Sequence record: LC680885.1
Source of the DNA: Staphylococcus phage S6
Reading direction: 5' to 3' (one strand)
Length of the DNA: 64,000 bases
Positions 8,575 to 18,391 of this stretch are shown here, piece after piece; position 1 is the first letter of the stretch, and every line of letters starts with the position of its first letter. The translations under genes and the position numbers were made by a program. The notes under the pieces are model-generated. The model worked only from the letters and a program-made list of their open reading frames with translations. It did not search any database and was not told the DNA's origin.

Positions 8575-10452
8575 ATGGAAAATAATACATTAAATTCGTA
8601 TATAAAGGATAATTTTAAATATTTTAAAGATGATAAATTAGAAATTGATAAAATATTTAAATTTAAAGATGATAAGACTAAAGAAAAATTTGAAATGTTT
8701 TTTAATGGAGTTATATATACATTGAAAAATTTAAGTTATAGTGAAGTATCTAAAATGTATAATGAAACAATTAAAGAGAAAAGTAATGTTCAAGGTAAAG
8801 CTGAAAGTTATATAAATTATTTAAATAATGAATTGAAAAATAGAGGACTAGATGAAGAAACTAAAAAACTTTATAAAGATTTATTAATGACTTTAAAAGC
8901 TGATTTGAAAAGATATAATGCTAATTTAGATGACAGCATTATAAATAAATTATTCAAAAATAAGAATATATCAATATCTTATTATAGTTTAATAGTACCT
9001 TATAATATTGCTAACGAAATTGAATTTAATAAAAACTATTATAGTTTTCTTGGATTAGATGATTTCACTAAATTCATAATCTTTCCATATTATCAACTTC
9101 TATATTTATCTAAAGGTAATCTAAAAAATATTCATATAAAGAATACAGACATAAATCTTCATAGTTACTTTATTGATATAATAAAGAAGTATATTAGAAA
9201 TTTAATAGATAATAAAGATTTAGATACATTAAAAGAATTATTAGACGTATTAACAAATGAGCACGAATATTTAAGATCTCTAAGACATACCGACTATAGA
9301 AAAGGTAATGGAAAAAATTTATTAGAGTTACTAATAGAAATGAATTTTAATGAATTTAAGGAAATATTATATGAAATGATATATATTATAATGAATAATA
9401 ACTTGAAAAAAGAATTAAAATCAGAAATGAATTATGATATATACAAGCATAGTATACTTTTAGTAAGTTTAATGAATAATGAGGTAGAAGAACATAGACA
9501 AACTAAATTTAATAGTAAATTTTTAATAGAGAGTAATAATACAATTAGAGCAACTGCTATTTCAGATTCATACGGTAAAAATGAGTACTACCAAAATAAC
9601 TTATTAGGTCACTATATTAATGATCTATATGTAGATAAAAATAAAATAAATAAATTTAAAAGAGTTAATAAAGTTAGAAGTTTTAAATCTTTTATTTATT
9701 TAACTAACCAAAGATGTATTATCGGTGGTGAGAAATATTATAAATACTTGTATAAATATTTATTTGATCCAAGTAATTTAACTAGAGAAGAGTTTGAAGT
9801 ATCTACATTATTAATTAAATTAATAACTTGTAAATCTAGTAATCAATTAAAGAAAGTTATGGAAAATGCTAAAACTGACTCTGTATTAAATAATATTTTA
9901 TTTGAAAATGAAATTAGTGATATAATTAAAATTGGTATACAGATGAATATTAATACTATATTCAATAAAAAAGGTTTAAGTAAAATTAATACAGTTGATT
10001 TAACTGTAGGAAATATTGTAAATCCTTTGTTATATAATAAAGCAAATGATTATGAAGAACAAACAGAAATCATTGATTCAGTATTTAAAAATTTTACTTA
10101 TGATATAGATATCAATTTTGATAAATATTATTATAAAGATTTAAATGAATATTTTGAAAATAAATTAAATTTAGGTCTTCTAAAAGAATCAAATATAGAT
10201 ATTAGTATTAATATTAATTATAATAAAATTGCAAAAACTATTGTAAATAATATTAAAGATAAGCTTAGAGGAAAATATCATTTTGAAAGGAATGAATTTA
10301 TTATTACTTACGATAAGATGAATATTACTCGTTTAACCACTACAGAATTTTGTAATGGTTTATGTGAATATTTAAGTAAATACTTCCCAGAAGAAGCTAA
10401 AAAGTTAAATAAGAGTTTTAGAGCTGAAATTGTAAATACAATGTTTAGATAA
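8575..10452 (+). CDS. hypothetical protein (about 625 aa; start taken at the second ATG)
   Basis: Long ORF. The first ATG at 8563 directly abuts the AAGGAG ribosome binding site with no spacer, so the ATG at 8575 is preferred. Lys/Asn/Tyr-rich with no recognisable motifs. Confidence 0.5.
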   Translation: MENNTLNSYIKDNFKYFKDDKLEIDKIFKFKDDKTKEKFEMFFNGVIYTLKNLSYSEVSKMYNETIKEKSNVQGKAESYINYLNNELKNRGLDEETKKLYKDLLMTLKADLKRYNANLDDSIINKLFKNKNISISYYSLIVPYNIANEIEFNKNYYSFLGLDDFTKFIIFPYYQLLYLSKGNLKNIHIKNTDINLHSYFIDIIKKYIRNLIDNKDLDTLKELLDVLTNEHEYLRSLRHTDYRKGNGKNLLELLIEMNFNEFKEILYEMIYIIMNNNLKKELKSEMNYDIYKHSILLVSLMNNEVEEHRQTKFNSKFLIESNNTIRATAISDSYGKNEYYQNNLLGHYINDLYVDKNKINKFKRVNKVRSFKSFIYLTNQRCIIGGEKYYKYLYKYLFDPSNLTREEFEVSTLLIKLITCKSSNQLKKVMENAKTDSVLNNILFENEISDIIKIGIQMNINTIFNKKGLSKINTVDLTVGNIVNPLLYNKANDYEEQTEIIDSVFKNFTYDIDINFDKYYYKDLNEYFENKLNLGLLKESNIDISININYNKIAKTIVNNIKDKLRGKYHFERNEFIITYDKMNITRLTTTEFCNGLCEYLSKYFPEEAKKLNKSFRAEIVNTMFR

Positions 10453-10468
10453 AAAGGAGAAATTAAAG

Positions 10469-11023
10469 ATGGATGTTAAAAAAACGTTTAATGCAGATAT
10501 TATGGAGACAGATAGAAGAATTTTCTATAACATTATTAACGTAGAAATGTCTCTTAGTGATAAAAGAAAAATGTATAATAAAGTCAATGATGAAAATGAG
10601 GTTTTAACATATGTATTTGATAGTTACACAGATTACGTATTGATGGAAAATGAAGGTATAATGACTATGGCAAAAGATTTAAATGATTTCATTAAACATT
10701 CTATTTTCGATTACCATTTTTCCTCTTTAATAAAACAATTTTTACCTTCGACCAACTTCCGGAATTTTGGAGATTTTGTCCTTATGTTAGAAAGAGAATT
10801 ATTTGCACCTAATCAAGAAACTTTAAGTCAATTCTCTTCAAAAGATGATATAATTTATGTGTACTATAATACTACTCTAAATAAAATAATTATTGTTGAT
10901 CACATTATGTACTTAAAAGCACTAATGGAGTACGTTAAAGAAGAAAAAGATTTCTATGAAGATTTATATATAGAATTTGAAAAAGAAGTTAAAAAATATT
11001 TAGTTGAAAATAACTTTAAATAG
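10469..11023 (+). CDS. ENFK-tail family protein (dispersed member)
   Basis: C-terminus EKEVKKYLVENNFK matches the family tail. AAAGGAGAAA ribosome binding site. Confidence 0.5.
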   Translation: MDVKKTFNADIMETDRRIFYNIINVEMSLSDKRKMYNKVNDENEVLTYVFDSYTDYVLMENEGIMTMAKDLNDFIKHSIFDYHFSSLIKQFLPSTNFRNFGDFVLMLERELFAPNQETLSQFSSKDDIIYVYYNTTLNKIIIVDHIMYLKALMEYVKEEKDFYEDLYIEFEKEVKKYLVENNFK

Positions 11024-11040
11024 AGGAGAGATAATATTTA

Positions 11041-11781
11041 ATGAATGAATATGGTAAAATTAATAAAAAAGTTTTTAATATAGATCGTAGCAACTTTGAA
11101 GTAGTTTTAATGGACTACATGGATACTAAACAGATGAAAAATAATTACAATAGAAATATAACCGATCAAGAAAAAATTGATCGGTTAATACCTTTAATTA
11201 AACAACAAGAAAATGAACAAGATGAGGGTAGAATATTTGAAAATGCTAGAAGATATGAACTTCTTTTAGCTAAAACATTTGAATACTCTCTTAATGGAAA
11301 ATTAGAATTATACAAATTAAAAGAAGTATTAAATTATTACGAAGAAAAAAATCTTTTTAATATAGTATATCCAAATTTTAAATACACTTTTAATGTAGTT
11401 TCACCCAGTAAAGAGTATTCCTTATTGTCTTTAAAAACTAAAATATTTTTAATTATAGAAACTATTATAGACTTTATTAAAAATGATTATGTAGAAGATA
11501 ATCTTTCTATTAAGTTAATTTTAAATTCAGAAGAAATAATGATTGATACACTTGATTTAAACGAAAAATCATTGTATAATATCTTTAATCTATCAAGTAA
11601 ATATACAAATGAATTATTATCTTATAATGGAGATTATTTGTTCTCACATGATCAAATAAAACGTATAGAAAATATAAATAATATTTTATTTAACGATATA
11701 TACAAAGATAAAGATAAAGAAATTTTAGAATTTTTATCTAAGAAAGTAAAAAATAAATACATTTCAAAATATTTTAAATAA
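11041..11781 (+). CDS. hypothetical protein
   Basis: ORF with ribosome binding site. C-terminus KNKYISKYFK is only loosely family-like. Confidence 0.45.
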   Translation: MNEYGKINKKVFNIDRSNFEVVLMDYMDTKQMKNNYNRNITDQEKIDRLIPLIKQQENEQDEGRIFENARRYELLLAKTFEYSLNGKLELYKLKEVLNYYEEKNLFNIVYPNFKYTFNVVSPSKEYSLLSLKTKIFLIIETIIDFIKNDYVEDNLSIKLILNSEEIMIDTLDLNEKSLYNIFNLSSKYTNELLSYNGDYLFSHDQIKRIENINNILFNDIYKDKDKEILEFLSKKVKNKYISKYFK

Positions 11782-11798
11782 ACAGGAGTGAATAGGAT

Positions 11799-12968
11799 AT
11801 GTCAAATTTAACTATGCAAGAAAAAGACTTAATTATGATTGAAAATAAGTATAATAGATTTTTAGATAAAAAGGAAAAGATAATGAATAAAGAAACAGAC
11901 TTTATTAAAATTGCATTTGAAGAATTAATGGACTTCATTGTACATTTTGGTCATAATAAATTCTTTAAATCAGACACAATATTTTATAGATATTATGATG
12001 GAATGTTAGAGAATTATAAAATAGAATTAAATAAAATATCTAAAGTGGAAGATGATTTAGTACTAACGTATTTAAATAAAATTATTAATGATACTGATAA
12101 AGTTGAATTCTATAATAACATGAAGAAAATTTCAGAAAGTTATAGTAAAGAAAAATTAATCGTATCTATATCATATATAAAAGCTTTGGACTTCTATATA
12201 CACATGATGCGAAATGAAGAATTAATGAGTGATATGGGATCTCTTACAGTTCATCCTTACGATTTTAATAAACGATTAATAAGTGAATATAAAAAAGATA
12301 ATATATTTTGGAAAAAACTAAGTGATGAAGAAAAGTCAAATGCAATTCAAATGTCTAATATATATTTTGAAGGTATTGAAAATAAAGAAATTGGTAGATT
12401 TACCACTGAACATATAAACAGTGAAAAAGAAGGAACTGCATTTAATTTTAATATAAATACATTTCATAAATTCTTTGATCAATTTGTATCTTTGGATATA
12501 GCTTATACGGATGGTTTAATATTTAATTTAATGATGAATAGTAATATCAATAAATATTATGAGAGATACTATAAAGAAATAGATCATGATATCTTCAATG
12601 CTAGTTATATTTCTGATAAATATGAATATGAAAACTTAGAAAAAGATAAATTTTTAAAAACTTTAAATCGTATAGATATGTTTTATGATATAAATGTACC
12701 TTTATATATTTATAATAGTGAAGAACCATCAAATAAAAAATACTATAATTATCTAACTGCTATGAAGTCTTTTGCTTTAAATGATTTGGTTAATCGTTAT
12801 TATGATTCTTATGAATATATAGAATATTTTAGCGAAGTTAATGTCAATGATTCTTTCACGTTAGATATGTTAAGTGACGATGATGAAAGTGAATCAAATT
12901 ATTTTGAAGAATTGTTTAAAAAAATAAAGAAAGAAAATGAAGAAAGACAATGGTTACAAGCTTTTTAA
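11799..12968 (+). CDS. hypothetical protein
   Basis: 389-aa ORF preceded by GGAGTGAATAGGATATG, a variant of the conserved initiation context. Confidence 0.5.
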   Translation: MSNLTMQEKDLIMIENKYNRFLDKKEKIMNKETDFIKIAFEELMDFIVHFGHNKFFKSDTIFYRYYDGMLENYKIELNKISKVEDDLVLTYLNKIINDTDKVEFYNNMKKISESYSKEKLIVSISYIKALDFYIHMMRNEELMSDMGSLTVHPYDFNKRLISEYKKDNIFWKKLSDEEKSNAIQMSNIYFEGIENKEIGRFTTEHINSEKEGTAFNFNINTFHKFFDQFVSLDIAYTDGLIFNLMMNSNINKYYERYYKEIDHDIFNASYISDKYEYENLEKDKFLKTLNRIDMFYDINVPLYIYNSEEPSNKKYYNYLTAMKSFALNDLVNRYYDSYEYIEYFSEVNVNDSFTLDMLSDDDESESNYFEELFKKIKKENEERQWLQAF

Positions 12969-13001
12969 AAATGAATTAAAAAGATAGAGAGGAGAAAATT
13001 T

Positions 13002-13187
13002 ATGACATTTTTAATTGGTATCTTAACTATTATTTTAATTTGTTTAGTGATAATAGGAGTGTTTTTATTTGTATCAGGTCTGATAAGTTTGTTACTTTCA
13101 ACAAGTAATTTTGAAGAAGATATAATAACAACGAGTATATCAGGTTTATTTGCCATCATATTCTTTCTTATACTGTCATCGTTCTAA
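13002..13187 (+). CDS. small membrane peptide (2 TM)
   Basis: GAGAGGAGAAAA ribosome binding site. Hydrophobic throughout. Paralog of the next gene. Confidence 0.45.
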   Translation: MTFLIGILTIILICLVIIGVFLFVSGLISLLLSTSNFEEDIITTSISGLFAIIFFLILSSF

Positions 13188-13221
13188 CAAAAATATTTTT
13201 TAATAAAAAGGAGAGAAAATT

Positions 13222-13449
13222 ATGTTTGCTTTATTAGGAATATTAGCAATAATATTTTTATTATTAATATTTATAGGTTTACCTTTATTTGTCATGGGAG
13301 TAGCTTGCATATTTATGTCACTTTATGAAATCTTTGTGGAAAAAGAAAAAGATATTGATATGCTACTGACATCAACTTATATAACTCTCGGTTCATCAAT
13401 GGCATTAGGTTTAGCTATCTTTATATCATTTTGTGTTGAAAACATGTAA
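13222..13449 (+). CDS. small membrane peptide (2 TM), paralog of 13002..13187
   Basis: AAAGGAGAGAAAA ribosome binding site. MFALLGILAIIFLLLIFIG aligns with MTFLIGILTIILICLVIIG. Confidence 0.45.
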   Translation: MFALLGILAIIFLLLIFIGLPLFVMGVACIFMSLYEIFVEKEKDIDMLLTSTYITLGSSMALGLAIFISFCVENM

Positions 13450-13476
13450 TCATTTAAAATAAAAAGGAGAAATATT

Positions 13477-15468
13477 ATGTTAAAATTTAATGAAATTAAT
13501 GAAAGTAATTTAGATGACGTACAAAAATATTTAGAGGAGCAATCTTATGTATATTATAATACATCAGATCAACCAGAATTAACTGATGAAGAATTTGACA
13601 AACTATTAAGAGAATACGAAAAGTTCCGTCCATTTAATGGCGGAGCTTTACCTTCTAAAGGTAAAAAATTAGTAGATGTTTCACATGAATATCCTGAATT
13701 AGTAGGAACAGTTTCTAAGGTTAATTCAGTTGAAGAATTAGCTGAATGGATTGAAGAAAAAGGACTAATTAATAGAGAATTATTAATTACACAGAAATAT
13801 GATGGTAATTCAGTATTAGTTATTTTAACTACTAAAGGAGATTATTTAGTAACTAAATCAGCATTAACTAGAGGTAAAGATGGTAAAGGTGCTGACTTAA
13901 CTGACTTCTTCAGTCATATTAAAATTAAAAAATCAGATGTCGATATTAATGCAGTTGATTTATCTGAAGACGATATTGATATCGCTATTAAGTGTGAAGC
14001 AGTAATGAGTTATAGTAACTTTAATAAGATTGATGAAGAGTATGCTAACCCTAGATCAATCGTTGCAGGATTATTAAACTCAGATGATGGATATAAGAAA
14101 CGTAAGTTAATTAATTTATTACCATTGAGAATTAATATTAGTAATAAAGAATTAACTCGACAAGAAGAATTAAATTTAATTTCAGCAATTACTAGTCATA
14201 GTACTGTATTTGATCAGCTTGATCCACAGTATAATTTTGTTATGGAAGATGAACACGATTATAAAGACTTTAATGAATTATATCATCAGATAGCTGATGA
14301 AAGAGAGTATTATGAATACATGATTGATGGATTAGTTATTGAAGCTCTTGATGAAGATGATAGAAATCGTTTAGGTAGATTAAATGATCGTAATAAGTTT
14401 GATGTAGCATTGAAATTCCCATATATGACTAAAAAGACTAATGTTATTGATATTGAATTTGATGTATCTGAAAATGGTACAGGTAGATATACACCTGTAG
14501 TTAGATTTGAACCTATTTATTTTAATGGTGCTAAATGTGAAAGAGTTTCTATTTCTAACTATAAACGTTTTAAAGAACTTCAATTAGTTAAAGGACAAGA
14601 AGTTATTATTGAATATCGTAATGATGTTTTGAGTTATTTAACTCCATCTCCTACTAACGAAATTACTGGAGAACCTATACCGTTCATTAAAGAGTGTGTA
14701 TACTGTGGTGAAGAACTTGAAGTTAATGAAAATGAAACATTTGTATCATGTATTAATAACGATTGTGAATGTAGAGTATTAGGTATTATTAACAACTATG
14801 TAGATAAAATGAGTATTAAAGGAATTGAATATTCTACTATTAATAAGCTTTATAAAGGTAACAAACTACCTAACGGAATCCAAAGTTTATATGAAATTGA
14901 TAAAAACGATATTATGCAAGTAGATACTTTTAAAGAAAAATCAGCTCAGAATATTATTAATACAATTCATAAAAATAAAGAATATTATGACTATGATGTA
15001 TTAGGTTCATTAGGATTAAATGGAGTTGGAAGAACTACATTTAAATTAGTTACTAAAGTCTATGATCCACAAGAAATAGATTATACAGATTTAAGTATTA
15101 AAGATTTAACTTCTATTAAAGGAATCGCTGATATTACTGCTGAGATTATTATTAATGGTTATAAACAGAATAAAGATTTAATTGAATTCTTATTTAATGA
15201 ATTGGATGTTAAATCACTTAAAAAAGAAATGGAAGCTAATAAAGATGATTCAGTTGAGCCAATGAATATTGTATTTAGTGGATTTAGAGATGCTGAATTT
15301 AAAGAACAGTTAGAACTTAAAGGTCATAAAGTAACTTCATCAGTTTCAGGTAAGACTGATTTATTAGTTACTCCAGATCCAAATTCAGGTTCATCTAAGA
15401 TTAATAAAGCTAAAGAAAAAGGTATCAAGATCATTGATATTGAAAGTTCTAAAGGTGAGTTGTTATAA
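13477..15468 (+). CDS. ligA: NAD-dependent DNA ligase (LigA architecture)
   Basis: N-terminal Ia-like segment YYNTSDQPELTDEEFDKLLREYE. Adenylation KxDG motif QKYDGNS. Cys4 zinc finger CVYCGEEL...CINNDCEC. Helix-hairpin-helix segments GLNGVGRTT and IKGIADITAE. C-terminal BRCT-like region FSGFRDAEF...LLVTPD. Confidence 0.7.
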   Translation: MLKFNEINESNLDDVQKYLEEQSYVYYNTSDQPELTDEEFDKLLREYEKFRPFNGGALPSKGKKLVDVSHEYPELVGTVSKVNSVEELAEWIEEKGLINRELLITQKYDGNSVLVILTTKGDYLVTKSALTRGKDGKGADLTDFFSHIKIKKSDVDINAVDLSEDDIDIAIKCEAVMSYSNFNKIDEEYANPRSIVAGLLNSDDGYKKRKLINLLPLRINISNKELTRQEELNLISAITSHSTVFDQLDPQYNFVMEDEHDYKDFNELYHQIADEREYYEYMIDGLVIEALDEDDRNRLGRLNDRNKFDVALKFPYMTKKTNVIDIEFDVSENGTGRYTPVVRFEPIYFNGAKCERVSISNYKRFKELQLVKGQEVIIEYRNDVLSYLTPSPTNEITGEPIPFIKECVYCGEELEVNENETFVSCINNDCECRVLGIINNYVDKMSIKGIEYSTINKLYKGNKLPNGIQSLYEIDKNDIMQVDTFKEKSAQNIINTIHKNKEYYDYDVLGSLGLNGVGRTTFKLVTKVYDPQEIDYTDLSIKDLTSIKGIADITAEIIINGYKQNKDLIEFLFNELDVKSLKKEMEANKDDSVEPMNIVFSGFRDAEFKEQLELKGHKVTSSVSGKTDLLVTPDPNSGSSKINKAKEKGIKIIDIESSKGELL

Positions 15469-15915
15469 ATGAAATATTATAAGGTTAATTATAATGGTAT
15501 ATTGAAAATATTGAATCTAGATGATTTTGAAGATGATAGAATTATTGAAACACTTAGTAATATTGAGTTATATTTAAAAGAAGATGAAGAAATTAGATTA
15601 TTGGATTTATTTAAAAAGCCAACTATAGCAATGGACACTCGAATTACAAAAGAAAGAGATAACCTTTATATGAATGGTCATCTCTTTTTAGAAGTTGAGA
15701 ATGCATCATGTAAACTATGGAGTTACCATATTAATTTAAATGGTGACGAAACATTAAATGAAATATATGAAAGGATATATAACGGATACGATAAAATTTT
15801 CTCTTTTAATAAAATGAGAGAAGATGGTCTATTATTTTTATATGAATATGAACATTATACAGAAATATCTGAAAAAGAATATAAAGAAAATAAGGTTAAA
15901 GAAAATTTTAAATAA
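15469..15915 (+). CDS. MKYY/ENFK-tail family protein, array 1 member 1
   Basis: Begins MKYYKVNYNGILKILNLDDF and ends EKEYKENKVKENFK. Directly abuts the ligase stop. Confidence 0.55.
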   Translation: MKYYKVNYNGILKILNLDDFEDDRIIETLSNIELYLKEDEEIRLLDLFKKPTIAMDTRITKERDNLYMNGHLFLEVENASCKLWSYHINLNGDETLNEIYERIYNGYDKIFSFNKMREDGLLFLYEYEHYTEISEKEYKENKVKENFK

Positions 15916-15933
15916 AAAAGGAGATTTTAAATT

Positions 15934-16386
15934 ATGAAATATTATATTTTAACACAACAGGGGATTGCTGAAGTTTTAGGTATTGATAGTGAATCGGTTT
16001 ATTGCTATAGAAATTTATTTAGAGATGATGAATTATATTTAAAAGAAGATGAAGAAATTAAATTTTCAGAAATTATTACTAATCAAACACCGGATATAGA
16101 ATACAAAGTTGTTGGAACAAATAAAGATACCGTAACAGTGATAGCTTATATGGAAATAGATTTAGGTGAAGGAGATTATCATCAAATTGGATCTTGCAGA
16201 ATGAAATTAGATAAAGATAGAACTCTAGAAGAAGTATACAATATTGTATATGAGAAAATGTCCAATAGAACTTTTTCATTCAATAAAGCTAAAGAAATGG
16301 GTATATCTTTATATGAAGAGAGTGATTATGAAGAAGTATCTAAAAAAGAATATAAAAAATACAAAGTAGAGAATAATTTTAAATAA
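15934..16386 (+). CDS. MKYY/ENFK-tail family protein, array 1 member 2
   Basis: Begins MKYYILTQQGIAEVLGID. Contains ...FSFNKAKEMGISLYE... and ends KKEYKKYKVENNFK. Confidence 0.55.
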   Translation: MKYYILTQQGIAEVLGIDSESVYCYRNLFRDDELYLKEDEEIKFSEIITNQTPDIEYKVVGTNKDTVTVIAYMEIDLGEGDYHQIGSCRMKLDKDRTLEEVYNIVYEKMSNRTFSFNKAKEMGISLYEESDYEEVSKKEYKKYKVENNFK

Positions 16387-16406
16387 TGGAATGAGTTGTT
16401 ATTGTT

Positions 16407-16886
16407 ATGGAAAAATATTATAGATTAACTTTAGAGGGTGTTAGTTTTATTTTAAATGATTGTGAAGAAAACGATATAGTTAAATCAACTTATAATGAAG
16501 ATGAAAATTATGTACATTTAGAATCTTTATTAAATGTAGGAATGCCTTATGAAACTATATATTTTAAAGATAGACATAAAATAGTATTTAAAGAAAATGA
16601 AAATATATTCAAGACATTGATAAATTCAATTAAAAATAAATATTATGACTTTGATGATAAAAATATGGAATTTCAAGTAGGCATTGGTGATGATGAAATA
16701 AAGGTCAAATCACCGATGCCAGTATTTTCTAAAGTGAATATATTTAATTTTAAAGTTAATAAAGAAATGGACATTATTGATTTTATGGACAATTATAAAA
16801 TTAATGTATTAATTAAAGATAAGCATTACATTGAAATTACTGAAAAAGAATATAAAAATATTATAATTAAAAATACATTTAAATAA
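16407..16886 (+). CDS. MKYY/ENFK-tail family protein, array 1 member 3
   Basis: Begins MEKYYRLTLEGVSFILND and ends TEKEYKNIIIKNTFK. Confidence 0.55.
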   Translation: MEKYYRLTLEGVSFILNDCEENDIVKSTYNEDENYVHLESLLNVGMPYETIYFKDRHKIVFKENENIFKTLINSIKNKYYDFDDKNMEFQVGIGDDEIKVKSPMPVFSKVNIFNFKVNKEMDIIDFMDNYKINVLIKDKHYIEITEKEYKNIIIKNTFK

Positions 16887-16902
16887 TAAGGAGATTTTAT
16901 AA

Positions 16903-17361
16903 TTGAAATATTATGAATTTAATAAAAAAGGAATTATTAAAATATTAGGATTAGATACAGCTTATTTAAGAGAAGATGAAGATATTTTTAGAGAAGGAAA
17001 TCTTTATTTAAAAGAAAATGAATCAATAAAAATAAAAGATATTATAACAAATAAAAAAGATATGAAATTTAATTGCAGTCTTTATGAAGGATCTGAAGAT
17101 AGCTCATTAATGAAAGCTAATTTAACTTTCAGACATGGGTCAGGGCAACTTTTATTGAATATTGAATATATTGATTTAAAAGAAATAAAAGATCACACTG
17201 TTGAAGAAGTTTACAAATACGCTAAAGATTTAGTTTTAAATAAAACATTTTCTTTTAATAAAGCTGAAGAGCTTGGTATATGTTTATATGAAGGAAAAGA
17301 ATATGAAGAAATTACTGAGGAAGAATATAAAAAATACAAAGTAGAAAATACTTTTAAATAA
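16903..17361 (+). CDS. MKYY/ENFK-tail family protein, array 1 member 4 (TTG start)
   Basis: TTGAAATATTAT start encodes MKYY. Contains ...FSFNKAEELGICLYE... and ends TEEEYKKYKVENTFK. Confidence 0.55.
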   Translation: MKYYEFNKKGIIKILGLDTAYLREDEDIFREGNLYLKENESIKIKDIITNKKDMKFNCSLYEGSEDSSLMKANLTFRHGSGQLLLNIEYIDLKEIKDHTVEEVYKYAKDLVLNKTFSFNKAEELGICLYEGKEYEEITEEEYKKYKVENTFK

Positions 17362-17381
17362 TGAAATGAGGTGTTATTGTT

Positions 17382-17831
17382 ATGGACAAATATTATAAAT
17401 TAACAGCGGAAGGTATATTTGATGTTTTCAAATTAGATAAAAAACACATTATATTCCCAGAAGATAAAAATACAATAATAGATTTCAGATCAAAGGAAGA
17501 ACGTATAGAGAAAATTAATGAACTTATATACTTTAAAGATAATCAAGAAATAACAATAAACTCATTATCTAATTTAACAGACAATATCGTAATAGATAAA
17601 TCAGGTTCTAAATATACATTTAACCATTTAATAGAAATATCATTCACTACTTTTAGTCATAAAAAAAGATATAACAAAACAATCAATGTACCGAATGTAT
17701 TTAAAGGAACTGTAAGAGAAAATAGTAGTAGAAGTGCCTTAGATATACCGATAGATATCAACAATATTGATAAAATAGAATTAACATTTAAAGAATATAA
17801 AGATCTAGTAATAAAAGAAACTTTTAAATAA
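17382..17831 (+). CDS. MKYY/ENFK-tail family protein, array 1 member 5
   Basis: Begins MDKYYKLTAEGIFDVFKLD and ends FKEYKDLVIKETFK. Confidence 0.55.
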   Translation: MDKYYKLTAEGIFDVFKLDKKHIIFPEDKNTIIDFRSKEERIEKINELIYFKDNQEITINSLSNLTDNIVIDKSGSKYTFNHLIEISFTTFSHKKRYNKTINVPNVFKGTVRENSSRSALDIPIDINNIDKIELTFKEYKDLVIKETFK

Positions 17832-17847
17832 TAAGGAGATTTTATAA

Positions 17848-18297
17848 TTGAAATATTATAAATTAAATAAGGATGGTTATATTAAATTTTTAGGGTTAGA
17901 TGTTTTGCCTGGACTTAAAACCTCAATTGTTGAAAAAGAAATAAAAAATAAAAACTTCATTGTCAAATATTGCAATGGAGCAGATTTTTGTTTTACATTA
18001 GATGAAATTAATAAAATGAAAAACAAAGATATTTACCCTAAACTTGGATTTGAAAGTCTAACTGAAAAAGTTAATCATGAAATAGAAAATAATCCAATAG
18101 TATTTGTTAATAGAAAATATGAAGATGCTAAAGCTTTAATTCATGTAGATTTAATTATTAATAATGAAGAAACTACATTAATGACTATGCCAAGATTTAA
18201 TATTAATTTTTTAAATCATAATTTGTATATGGAACACTTTGATGAAATAACAGAGAAACAGTATAAAAATATTATGGTAAAAGATTCATTTAAGTAA
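17848..18297 (+). CDS. MKYY/ENFK-tail family protein, array 1 member 6 (TTG start)
   Basis: TTG start. Begins MKYYKLNKDGYIKFLGLD and ends TEKQYKNIMVKDSFK. Confidence 0.55.
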   Translation: MKYYKLNKDGYIKFLGLDVLPGLKTSIVEKEIKNKNFIVKYCNGADFCFTLDEINKMKNKDIYPKLGFESLTEKVNHEIENNPIVFVNRKYEDAKALIHVDLIINNEETTLMTMPRFNINFLNHNLYMEHFDEITEKQYKNIMVKDSFK

Positions 18298-18328
18298 AAC
18301 TCAATTTAAATATATATTATAAAATTGT

Positions 18329-18372
18329 GAAAGATGTATGATACTTATACATCTTTCTAAAATATTTATTTA
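18329..18372 (+). promoter_or_regulatory. TATATATTATAAA box followed by hairpin (element family E)
   Basis: AAATATATATTATAAAATTGTGAAAGATGTAT, loop GATACTT, ATACATCTTTC, then TAAAATATTTATTT. Lies between array members 6 and 7. Confidence 0.45.
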
Positions 18373-18391
18373 AAGAGAGGTGAAAAAGATA

